Positions 31,491 to 39,818 of a stretch of DNA of 39,818 nucleotides are shown here, in pieces; position 1 is the stretch's first letter, and each line of letters opens with the position of its first letter. Position numbers and translations under genes: made by a program. This stretch comes from a virus (lineage: Duplodnaviria > Caudoviricetes). The notes below the pieces were generated by a model. That model saw nothing but the letters and a program-made list of their open reading frames with translations. It was not told the DNA's origin and did not search any database. Where the stretch lies: positions 1 to 39,818 of the IMG/VR virus record IMGVR_UViG_3300030606_000021. One strand, written 5' to 3'.

Positions 31491-32771
31491 ATGCCCTACA
31501 ACCGCAACCTTCCATCCGAGATGTCCAACGAGCAGCTTCGCCGCCTCGCACAGGCGCAGCTCGCTCTCGAACAAGACGGTGCCGGCCTGTTCGGGGGTCA
31601 AATGATGTCGGAGCCGCCCAGCCTGACGCAGCCGTTTTCCGGTTCGGCAGCGGACATCGCCTCGTACGGTCAGGGGCAGCGCCAGGACGAGATTGCTAAG
31701 CAAAAGGCACTGACGGCCGTAATGGCCGACAAACGCTTTGGAGGCAACACGGTGGCCCGTCCTGACTACCGTGGCCGCCCGACCTTCGTCGATCCCAGTT
31801 ACGACCAGGCCCCGCTGCGGCATCCCATGTTTGCCGGTGAGCCGAAACCCACCGAAGAAATTGCTGCGGACTACTCCCGGCCACGACAGGAAGGCGCCCA
31901 CCCGGCGGCGTTGGCCGAACTGGACCGACTTCGCCAAGCTCGCCAAGAGGCCGAGTATCACCGCGCTGGATTCACACCAGCCCCGCCGGGCTACGATCCA
32001 CTGACGGACCCCAACAGCGGCTACGGCGCGTCGGCGGATGCCCTGCTACAGTCGAAGACGGAGGGAGATCGCATCCGGGCGCTGCGCGACGTGAGCATGG
32101 CTGGCCATGAGACTACGAGGTACGGCGCAGAGAAGGAACTTGAAGGCAATCTGGCGCGTTCCGACGCCTACCGAGACATCGGCATGGGCGAGTTGAAGCA
32201 GCGCGGGGCAGAATGGGCAGAAGGTGCGCCAGAGCGTGAAGCGCTCGTGGGGCGAACGGAAGCCGAAACCAATGCGATTAGTCAAGCTCTCAATCAGGAC
32301 ATGACATTCGATGAGTTTCTGAGGCTGCCCACACTTGATCCAGCGACAGCGATCGCTCTCTGGCCGCAAATCGAAGCAATGAAGAATGGGACGAACCAGC
32401 AGGGTGGTGTTCCACCTGTTTCGCAGCCAATTGTATATGGTCAAAAGCCTGCCAGTGTTGATGTCGTTCGGGATCAGAGCCTTCGGAGTTTAGCGGAAAA
32501 TACCGGTGCCACTGCGTTTGCCGTCGAGCTTCGCCGGCAAGGACTGGCTGACAACCCGGAAGATGCCATGCGACTGATCGAGTCGTACTATAAGAGGAGC
32601 ATGTGGGGCCGCAAGGGAGTCATTAAACCGGCTGGCGATACTCAGTTAAAGGGCCTGATCGCTGAACGATACCGAACGATGGACACGCCAGCACATCAGC
32701 GCACGCCAGGACAGCGTAATGCAATTCGTAACATGGAGCGCGAATTAGGAATGCCGGCAGGCTCTTTGTAA
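31491..32771 (+). CDS. probable internal virion protein
   Basis: 426 aa, helical. GAGGA ribosome-binding site. Position in the ejection block. Confidence 0.6.
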   Translation: MPYNRNLPSEMSNEQLRRLAQAQLALEQDGAGLFGGQMMSEPPSLTQPFSGSAADIASYGQGQRQDEIAKQKALTAVMADKRFGGNTVARPDYRGRPTFVDPSYDQAPLRHPMFAGEPKPTEEIAADYSRPRQEGAHPAALAELDRLRQARQEAEYHRAGFTPAPPGYDPLTDPNSGYGASADALLQSKTEGDRIRALRDVSMAGHETTRYGAEKELEGNLARSDAYRDIGMGELKQRGAEWAEGAPEREALVGRTEAETNAISQALNQDMTFDEFLRLPTLDPATAIALWPQIEAMKNGTNQQGGVPPVSQPIVYGQKPASVDVVRDQSLRSLAENTGATAFAVELRRQGLADNPEDAMRLIESYYKRSMWGRKGVIKPAGDTQLKGLIAERYRTMDTPAHQRTPGQRNAIRNMERELGMPAGSL

Positions 32772-32786
32772 CCCGGTCGTATCCGC

Positions 32787-35700
32787 ATGCCATCCCTTCT
32801 CCCCAACATCCCCGATCCCTTGCGGAACGTCCGCAAGTACCTGCCGCCGCGCGTCGGGCAATCGCAGCCCGCGCGCAATCAGGACATCGACATCAGCCAA
32901 CTGTTGTCGCCCGAGGACGAGCGCTCGTTGGTAGGCAAAATCGGCTCGGCGTCATTGTCGGGGTTGTCGCGGGTGGCGAACGTGCTGGACCTGCCCGGTT
33001 CGATGGTCCGCGACCTGATTGCGATGGAGAACCCGCTGGATCAACTGCTGTCGCCGACTACGGCCGACAATCGGTTCACGGGCCGCGACGTGCTGCGTAA
33101 GTACGGTGCGATTGGCAAAGAGGACAACTGGGGCAACTTCACCGGCGGGTTGGCTGCGGAGATTGCGCTGGACCCGCTGACGTATCTCACGTTCGGCACG
33201 CTCGGTGCTGCGTCCAAGGGCGGCCAAGTGCTCGCCAAGGCTGGCCTGTCGAAGTTCATCCCCAAGGCTGCCAGCGCCGCCGCCGGTCGCACGGTGGGCA
33301 AGGCCGCCGGGCGCATGATCGCCACGTCTGATGATGTCTTACGCGCCGCCGTAAGTGAAGGCGGTTTGGAATCGGCACGCGCTCTGACTCGTGCCGCCAA
33401 AGCGTCTGGCTTCGAGTCGCTGGGCGCCTTTCGCGCGGCGCACGGCGCGAAGCCAGTGGGCGGGTTGTTCGGGCTGGGGCTGCCGTTCCGGCCGGCGTCG
33501 GCTGTGTTCGGCAAGGCGGGTGGGGTGGCGGAGAAGGTGGCGGGCGGTCTCGATACGGCCGGGCACGCTCTGACCTACGGTAAATACAGTCCGTTTCGCC
33601 CCTTGGTTAGCTTGATGGACCACCGCAAGCGCGGCATGGTCGGCGAGCAGGGCATGAAGTTCGGAGAGGCAGCTACAGAGCGCGCCCAAATGGCTGAACA
33701 GGCGGCTCGCCGCGCCTATGCGCCGATGCACCGACTCTTTCAGGCAGCCGACGAATTCAACCCGTCGCGACTTGCTGGCGGAGAGAAGGAAGCGCTCGAC
33801 AACTTGCTGTCCGTTCGTGCCTACGGGGAAAAGTCCGGTCAACTTCCTGCGCATCTTGAAAAGTACCGTGAGTCAATCGACGACGGACTGCGGATTATGA
33901 ACGAGGGCAAGCAGTTTGTTCTTGACAACGGCGGCAAGATCGACGAATGGAAAAGTGCGTTTGACACGGCCTACATGCCTCGCAATCGTTTGTTTCCGCC
34001 AGTACGCACGCGGGGCGTCAAGACCGAACGGGCGTTCGAGACGGGCACGCCGCACGCCATTGCGCGCAAGCAAGCTCTGGATATTCCGGGCGGTACGAAG
34101 AAGCTCGACTTGATGAGCGTAGACGACGAGATCAGCGGCCTCATTCACCGATTCCCCAAGGACAATCCCGGCGGCAAGTTGAATGCGGCAAGCCGAGACA
34201 TGGTGAAGAACGTGTTGCGACAGCGATATGCACTGGGCGAGCTTCCCGAAAGCCAGCTCAACAGCCTGGCGCACACCATCGCGAACCTCGATCCCTGGCA
34301 TCAGCGCACCGGGATACCGATGTTCCGATTGAACCCGGTAGACGACTTGTTCATTTACACCTTGCACGCCAAGCAAAGTGGCACGGCGCTGATGCACGCG
34401 CGAACTTCGCTTGTCGAAAATGCGCAGTTGGCCAACGAGGTTGCCGACGAAGCAACCGAAGCTCTGGGCGCCGTGGTGCCAAGATTCCGAGGGGTAGATG
34501 CGGATAAGTTTGCCGAGTTGGTCGGCCGTGAAATGCAAAACGCCAGCCCGGAAATGGCGGCGCGATATCAGGCTGCCTACGATGCGGCTGTTGCCAGGGT
34601 TGGCGCCGACAAGGTAACGCCGTTGTCGGTGCTGAACGATCTGTACATCCCCAAGACGACCGCCCAAAACATGACGAAGTTCATCGGGGCGTATACAACC
34701 CCGGAAACTGTCAGTGAGATTGTGGAGGGGTTGGACAAGTTTCTCAACCTGTGGAAAACATGGGTCACGATCCCGTGGCCGGCGTTTGCCGCACGCAACC
34801 GGCTGTCCGGCGCGTTCAACAATTTTCTCGGGGATGCCTACAACCTGACCTCCGAACTGGATGCGGATGTGTTTCTGCGCGGCCCGCTAAGCCGGGCGAT
34901 GGGGAGGCGCACCTCAGTGCAGGCCATGAAAATCCCCGAGATCGCACGGCGCGCAAAAAGCACAGAGGAAGCCACACGGCTCTTGGGTGACGAACTGATC
35001 GAAATGGGGTTCATCCACCACCACCACGGCGTCGGCGGCGAGACGATTGGATCCGTGGCGCAGGGTGGGCTAGGCCCTATCCCTGGCGAGGCGGGCATTT
35101 ATGCCGCTCGGCCCGACGTCAGCTTCGGCCAACGCATCAACCCTTACAACGTGCGCGGTGCGGGCAGTGACGAGCAAGTGCTTGGCATTGCTCGTTGGGG
35201 CGAGAACCTGAACACCTACGTCGAAGGAATGAATCGCGTCTCGCCGTACATTACGTTGCGCACCAAGGGGTACGCCAAGAGTGTAGCGAAGCAAATGGTG
35301 GACCGGATGCAGGTCAATTATCAGGCGGTGTCCGGTTTTCATAAGGCTTACGTTCGCCGCGCCTTTCCGTTCGCGACATTCACGTTGGGCACGTTGCCGT
35401 TTATCGTCGAGTCCCTGATTACCAAGCCCGGCGGCAAGCTGGCACAAACTCTGCGGACCATGAACCGGCTCCGCGGCAGTAACGCGCTCACCCCCGACTA
35501 CGTGGCCGAAACGGCTTCGATCCCCCTGGGCGAGCAGCCGGATGGCAGCGATCGCTACCTGACGGGATTCGGGCTGATGTTCGAGGACGCGTTTCAGTTC
35601 GCCGGCGGGCCTCGTCAGGGAGGTTTGGAAGCGCTGTCGCGCCTGAACCCGCTTCTCAAAACTCCCTTAGAAATGGCCACTGGACAGTCGTTCTTTCAGA

Positions 35701-36170
35701 AGGGGCCAATGGGCGGCCGGCCGATCGAAGACCTGGACCCCACGATTGGGCGCATCGCGGCCAACCTCACGGGTCGCGACGAAGCCGTACGCTACCCAGG
35801 TTCACAGTCCGCTGAGGCGCTCCTGTCGGCCACACCGCTCACTCGGGCCGCTACCAGCCTCCGTACCGCCACAGACCCGCGTAAGGGCCTCCTGGGCCGC
35901 GCAGCGAACCTGGGGACGGGCTTCCGAATCAGCGACGTTTCGCCCGGCGCGCAGGACACCATTCTTCGCGAGCGGGCTGAAGTGCTGATGAAAGAACTGG
36001 GCGCCAAGACGTTCCAGAGAACGTACTTCCCCAAGGAGCGTTTGGAAACGATGTCGCCCAATCAGCTTCTCAAGGCGATGGAACTACAGGCGCTTCAGAA
36101 CGAGCTGGCAAGAAGGGCAAAAGAACGCAAGGCCGCTAAGGCCGCTCTGGAAAATGCGGCGCGTCGGTAG
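32787..36170 (+). CDS. large internal virion / ejection protein (1127 aa)
   Basis: GLAAEIALDPLTYL, PAFAARN, RRAFPFATF and LNPLLKTPLEMATG motifs are typical of large podovirus ejection proteins. Confidence 0.7.
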   Translation: MPSLLPNIPDPLRNVRKYLPPRVGQSQPARNQDIDISQLLSPEDERSLVGKIGSASLSGLSRVANVLDLPGSMVRDLIAMENPLDQLLSPTTADNRFTGRDVLRKYGAIGKEDNWGNFTGGLAAEIALDPLTYLTFGTLGAASKGGQVLAKAGLSKFIPKAASAAAGRTVGKAAGRMIATSDDVLRAAVSEGGLESARALTRAAKASGFESLGAFRAAHGAKPVGGLFGLGLPFRPASAVFGKAGGVAEKVAGGLDTAGHALTYGKYSPFRPLVSLMDHRKRGMVGEQGMKFGEAATERAQMAEQAARRAYAPMHRLFQAADEFNPSRLAGGEKEALDNLLSVRAYGEKSGQLPAHLEKYRESIDDGLRIMNEGKQFVLDNGGKIDEWKSAFDTAYMPRNRLFPPVRTRGVKTERAFETGTPHAIARKQALDIPGGTKKLDLMSVDDEISGLIHRFPKDNPGGKLNAASRDMVKNVLRQRYALGELPESQLNSLAHTIANLDPWHQRTGIPMFRLNPVDDLFIYTLHAKQSGTALMHARTSLVENAQLANEVADEATEALGAVVPRFRGVDADKFAELVGREMQNASPEMAARYQAAYDAAVARVGADKVTPLSVLNDLYIPKTTAQNMTKFIGAYTTPETVSEIVEGLDKFLNLWKTWVTIPWPAFAARNRLSGAFNNFLGDAYNLTSELDADVFLRGPLSRAMGRRTSVQAMKIPEIARRAKSTEEATRLLGDELIEMGFIHHHHGVGGETIGSVAQGGLGPIPGEAGIYAARPDVSFGQRINPYNVRGAGSDEQVLGIARWGENLNTYVEGMNRVSPYITLRTKGYAKSVAKQMVDRMQVNYQAVSGFHKAYVRRAFPFATFTLGTLPFIVESLITKPGGKLAQTLRTMNRLRGSNALTPDYVAETASIPLGEQPDGSDRYLTGFGLMFEDAFQFAGGPRQGGLEALSRLNPLLKTPLEMATGQSFFQKGPMGGRPIEDLDPTIGRIAANLTGRDEAVRYPGSQSAEALLSATPLTRAATSLRTATDPRKGLLGRAANLGTGFRISDVSPGAQDTILRERAEVLMKELGAKTFQRTYFPKERLETMSPNQLLKAMELQALQNELARRAKERKAAKAALENAARR

Positions 36171-37355
36171 CTAATCGTTCAGCACAACTTCGGCCCGCGT
36201 CCACCACTGATCGGAGTAGCGACTTAGGCCGGCGCCGTCGGTACGGTCGGCCGCGTCGTGCTCCTTGGCGACTGCCAGCGAGCGCGTGAAACGCTGGTAG
36301 GCTTGTACTATGCTCGGCCCTTCCCGGCCACCCGGCGCCATCGTCGCGAGCCGGTAGTCGAGCGCGTCGAGCACGGCCTGCATCATGGTTTCCCGGATGT
36401 CCACAAGGCTCGACACAACGACCTTGGTGCCCGATGCGAATGCTTGGTCCAAGGTGGTTTCGTTCAATGTGACGGTGCCGCCACTGATGCTCTTAATCTG
36501 GTGCTGCTCGATGTAGGGGTGAGCGCCGAACAGGCCGGTCGGCTTGTTGCTGGTGTCGTTCAGCCGGATGATCGCGCCCACCATGCTCTGCGGAAGCGTG
36601 GCGCTCATGGTGAGCGTCGAAGCGCCGGATGATCCCGATGCCGTGGGGGTGGCGGTCGATTCAGTCCCCGACCATCGCAAGGCAGCCGGGCGGCGCATAT
36701 AGGTGAATGCCATCGGTTCGGCTTCGGACGGGCGCGGATCGACGAAGATCGCCCAGCGGTCGGGCAAGTCGGGGTCGCGCATGATGGTCCATGCCCACAC
36801 GTTTCCCGTGCCAGTGCCCCATCGTTCTCGTTCCAGCCACTCCCTGGGTTGCAATCGGTGCGTGGACCAAGGGCCGTCTTCGATGATGACCTTCTCGATC
36901 GACAGCAAATCGGGCGGCAGAGAGTAGACCGTACGGTAGAGTTCGTACGTTTCCCCGGCGGCAATGTCCTCGCCTGGATTCATGTTCTCGGTGAGTTGCA
37001 GGGTGGTGCCGCTCAGCCGGTCCTCGACTTCGTACACGCGGTTGTCGATGCGGATGCGGCCGTATTTAGCCCAGGAGGGCCAGGTGCCGTCAGTGAGCGT
37101 CAGAAGACGTTCTGACGATCCTCCCGTCAAATCGAATTCTATGGTGCCTTCGTCGTATGGCGCCACGAGGTCGATCCGGTACTCACGTCGGTAGAATGCC
37201 CACCCAGGGGGGCCCGACCACACTTCGCGGAATGCGGCGTGTACGGCGGCCTTCACAAACGTCAGCTCTTTGCTGCGCGCGCCTCCCATGTTGGACGCGA
37301 TCACGTAGTCAACGAGGTCCGCGTAGGTAATGATGCCTGTGTCGAGTCCGCTCAT
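36171..37355 (-). CDS. probable head-tail adaptor protein with an inserted beta domain
   Basis: TYADLVDYV, W.FYRRE and YSLPPDLLSIEKV motifs are typical of podovirus adaptors. Confidence 0.7.
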   Translation of the reverse strand: MSGLDTGIITYADLVDYVIASNMGGARSKELTFVKAAVHAAFREVWSGPPGWAFYRREYRIDLVAPYDEGTIEFDLTGGSSERLLTLTDGTWPSWAKYGRIRIDNRVYEVEDRLSGTTLQLTENMNPGEDIAAGETYELYRTVYSLPPDLLSIEKVIIEDGPWSTHRLQPREWLERERWGTGTGNVWAWTIMRDPDLPDRWAIFVDPRPSEAEPMAFTYMRRPAALRWSGTESTATPTASGSSGASTLTMSATLPQSMVGAIIRLNDTSNKPTGLFGAHPYIEQHQIKSISGGTVTLNETTLDQAFASGTKVVVSSLVDIRETMMQAVLDALDYRLATMAPGGREGPSIVQAYQRFTRSLAVAKEHDAADRTDGAGLSRYSDQWWTRAEVVLND

Positions 37356-37651
37356 GTGTCGAGTCCCCTGGCTTCAACCACTGTGCCGTCGCCGAGTTGG
37401 TAGAAGATGCGAGTTCCTAGCTCCGTCTCGAAGCGGTAAACCTTGATGATCTGGGTACTAGACGGCGTGAGCGCGACGGGAATGCCATACCCCACTCCAC
37501 GCAGCAATCGTCCATCGGCTAACTGCATCAAAATCAAGTCGCCCGTGGGAGTTTGGAATCGGGCGATCTTGATAATCTGTTCGCCTTCGGGGGGCACGGG
37601 CGCTGCCCCGCCGCCCCCTTCGATCCCCATGTAGATCGTGAAAAAGCCCAT
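37352..37651 (-). CDS. hypothetical protein with an internal duplication
   Basis: QIIKIARFQT...QLADG and QIIKVYRFET...QLGDG. Coupled to both neighbours. Confidence 0.7.
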   Translation of the reverse strand: MGFFTIYMGIEGGGGAAPVPPEGEQIIKIARFQTPTGDLILMQLADGRLLRGVGYGIPVALTPSSTQIIKVYRFETELGTRIFYQLGDGTVVEARGLDT

Positions 37652-38853
37652 TAGATTGAAACAATAGCGTAAGACAAAACGCCCTTAAAGCCGCAAGTGA
37701 CGGTATCCAACTCCAACGCCTTATTCGTCGCCACCTTAAGCCACGGCATGGCGAAGTTTCCGTTGGGTGTGATGGCAAAGCCGCCGTTCTGCTGTACAGG
37801 CATGACGCCCGACAGCGCAGTATCGTCCTCGTCCTGAATCGAAATCGAGCCGTCGCCCGTGTCGGCAGTGCCTACGAATCCATAGACCCAAATTTGCTTG
37901 TCCGCACCGGGCGCCGCAACAAGCTCTTGGTTCGCCGTGTCCGCAGCGGCTGAAATGGCGGCGCTGGCGTAGCTGTCGATCGACGGCGTGGCTGCCCCGC
38001 GCAGCGTGCCGATAATCAGTGCTTCCAACGCTGCCAGGTCTGCGACCGCCGGATCGTCCGAAGCCAGCGTAACGCGCTGTACCGTCGCTCCCACGGCGCC
38101 CGCACCAGCCGCTACACCGGCTTGACCGACAATCGGGTTGACTTTGCATCGGTCGGTTTCGTCCCAGTCGTCAAGCACCGCCAGTGACGTTGCCGCACCC
38201 GCCAAGTTGCCGCCGGCTTCCAGGGCCAGCGCGCTCGTGTTGAGGTTCGTTCCGGCGTTGGCCGTGACGCTGCCGGTCACTGTCACGTCGTTGTCGCTGC
38301 CGAGGTCTACCTTCAGCCCAGCCGTGGCGTCGCCCGGAATGACGGCAGCGCCGCCCGATGCGGGTACGGCGATACCGAAGCAGAGTGTGGTATCGGTGCC
38401 AGCGCCCGAATCGAAGTCCGCCGAGTGAACCGTGCTCGGCAGGCTGGTCACGTCCACGTCGCCGATGTCCACGCCGCTGTTGGGCGCCAGTTTGCCGATA
38501 GCGTTGGTGCCGGCAGGCAAAGCGGCTACGACATCGACCTGAAATTCACTGCCTGATACGGCGTTGTCGATGATCTCGACGGCGGTTTGGATTGCGGCCA
38601 GTGCGGTGTTTGCGGTGTCTTGCTTGGCGGACGTGGAAGCGCCGCTGGGCAGGGCGCTACGAGTCACGTCCACGTCGAGTCCATTGGTGGCGTCGCCGTC
38701 GATGGCGCCGGCGGTGTAGCTGCCCTCCGTCCCGCTGACGCCCATCAGGAATGAGCCGGGCAACTTGGCGGTATCGCCGGCGTGCGAAATCTCGCGGGTA
38801 ACGATCGCGTCGCCAGGGTCGGAGGCGCTGTTCACTGTGGTGTTGTCCGCCAT
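37651..38853 (-). CDS. virion structural (fibre-like) protein
   Basis: 400 aa, A/G/T/D-rich. ALPAGTNAIGKL and IGDVDV repeats are common in phage fibres. Confidence 0.7.
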   Translation of the reverse strand: MADNTTVNSASDPGDAIVTREISHAGDTAKLPGSFLMGVSGTEGSYTAGAIDGDATNGLDVDVTRSALPSGASTSAKQDTANTALAAIQTAVEIIDNAVSGSEFQVDVVAALPAGTNAIGKLAPNSGVDIGDVDVTSLPSTVHSADFDSGAGTDTTLCFGIAVPASGGAAVIPGDATAGLKVDLGSDNDVTVTGSVTANAGTNLNTSALALEAGGNLAGAATSLAVLDDWDETDRCKVNPIVGQAGVAAGAGAVGATVQRVTLASDDPAVADLAALEALIIGTLRGAATPSIDSYASAAISAAADTANQELVAAPGADKQIWVYGFVGTADTGDGSISIQDEDDTALSGVMPVQQNGGFAITPNGNFAMPWLKVATNKALELDTVTCGFKGVLSYAIVSI

Positions 38854-39437
38854 TAGACGCCTACTCCCATTAGTGTTCGCATAGGCAACGTGCCGCCCCC
38901 CGCCGCCTCGTCAAAGTCGCACACCAAATCCGCCGCCGTGACGTTGATCTGGTCCCCGCTGCCAGCGCCCAACCCGCCGCTGCCGTGGCCGAATTGTTCG
39001 AGCGGGTTCGCGCCGGTGCCTTCAACATCAGCCTGTTCCCAGTCCACCGCCGGCGTGTCGGGATTATCGAGCCAGGTTTCGGTGCCGTCTGCGTACGCGC
39101 CGCCCACGCCGGGGTCGAAATTGCTCCCGCTGTAGTTAGTGCCGTTGACGATGATTCGCGGCACCGCCACCGCCGTACCACCGGCGCCGGCGCGACGCGC
39201 GCGCGTGACGACGGCCACCGAGTTGACCGCCGACACCGACCCGCCGAGCGAGAACGCGGTGAAGGTGAAGTATTGGAAGTGGTTGTTTTGGTTCGGTCCA
39301 CGGTGGTTGAAGCTCGTGTCGTCGTCGGGCGTGGACACGCCCTCGTCGACGTTCAAATGTTTGTTCGTGGTTTCAGGGTGGCCGGTCCACTCGTCAACCG
39401 AACCGATGCCCGTGGGGACTCTGGTTTGGGTTGGCAT
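38853..39437 (-). CDS. beta-rich virion protein (194 aa)
   Basis: TAATG-coupled on both sides. Lectin or jelly-roll-like composition. Confidence 0.65.
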   Translation of the reverse strand: MPTQTRVPTGIGSVDEWTGHPETTNKHLNVDEGVSTPDDDTSFNHRGPNQNNHFQYFTFTAFSLGGSVSAVNSVAVVTRARRAGAGGTAVAVPRIIVNGTNYSGSNFDPGVGGAYADGTETWLDNPDTPAVDWEQADVEGTGANPLEQFGHGSGGLGAGSGDQINVTAADLVCDFDEAAGGGTLPMRTLMGVGV

Positions 39438-39778
39438 TAGGACACCCCCAGCGCGAGCGCTTCGGCGTCGGTCAACAGCACCTTGCAGTTGAAACGGTTT
39501 CGCGCAGTCGGGCCGAACTCATCCATGCTGTAGCCGCGTTTCGTGAGCGCTTGTTGCACGCGCAGTTCCGCAGGAGTCGCGGCAACGCGCGTGACCAGCC
39601 GATCCGAGTCAACGCTCCGCAGCGTCACTTCGTCGTCGAACACAACCAGCGCCCAATTCGTGCGACGCGCAGCGCGCACGCCGGGCACGCCGGCGATCCA
39701 CAGCCGGATCGTGCCCAGCCGATTCTCGCCGGCGTCGTCGGGCACTTCGTCGGTGCGTTGGACTTTAACGAATCGCAT
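39437..39778 (-). CDS. hypothetical protein (113 aa)
   Basis: TAATG-coupled in the minus-strand structural block. Confidence 0.7.
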   Translation of the reverse strand: MRFVKVQRTDEVPDDAGENRLGTIRLWIAGVPGVRAARRTNWALVVFDDEVTLRSVDSDRLVTRVAATPAELRVQQALTKRGYSMDEFGPTARNRFNCKVLLTDAEALALGVS

Positions 39779-39818
39779 TATCGTGTTCTCGGCCTCGGCG
39801 GCACGGGTGGCGGTGGGG

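Noticed and set aside
35013-35027. HHHH run in the large ejection protein
   Set aside because: Too short and isolated to imply a function.
15828-36061. Numerous antisense and alternate-frame ORFs inside structural genes (e.g. 27059..27976, 28534..29583, 33873..34667)
   Set aside because: These are shadow ORFs of high-GC coding sequence with no motifs or ribosome-binding sites.

Overview
The window is a ~40-kb stretch of a temperate, high-GC tailed phage with podovirus-like structural genes. The probable host is Planctomycetota, based on a DUF1580-like gene. Left arm (1-15.7 kb, mostly minus strand): early and accessory genes, including a two-domain beta-clamp-like protein, an XRE repressor, an attP-like 3' half of tRNA-Pro(CGG) beside a tyrosine integrase, a cluster of canonical and aberrant tRNA-like genes, an AT-hook serine recombinase, a truncated clamp-loader-like ATPase, a sigma-like protein, a ~700-bp non-coding gap with tandem NrdR-like boxes, and many small hypothetical genes. 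Right arm (15.8-39.8 kb): scaffold, major capsid, terminase, portal, tail, fibre and probable ejection proteins, plus a convergent second structural block. The standout feature is at 1.1-2.6 kb. A stand-alone Cas7/RAMP-like gene, with no other cas genes and no CRISPR array in the window, is flanked by four probably non-coding tracts of strictly phased (GGC-NN)n pentamers (19+38+25+31 units). The tracts have conserved boundary motifs and lie downstream of one predicted promoter carrying a palindromic operator. This is a candidate RNA-guided system whose guide information sits in interspersed variable dinucleotides (VIPR-like). All protein calls come from reading motifs by eye; no database searches were run.
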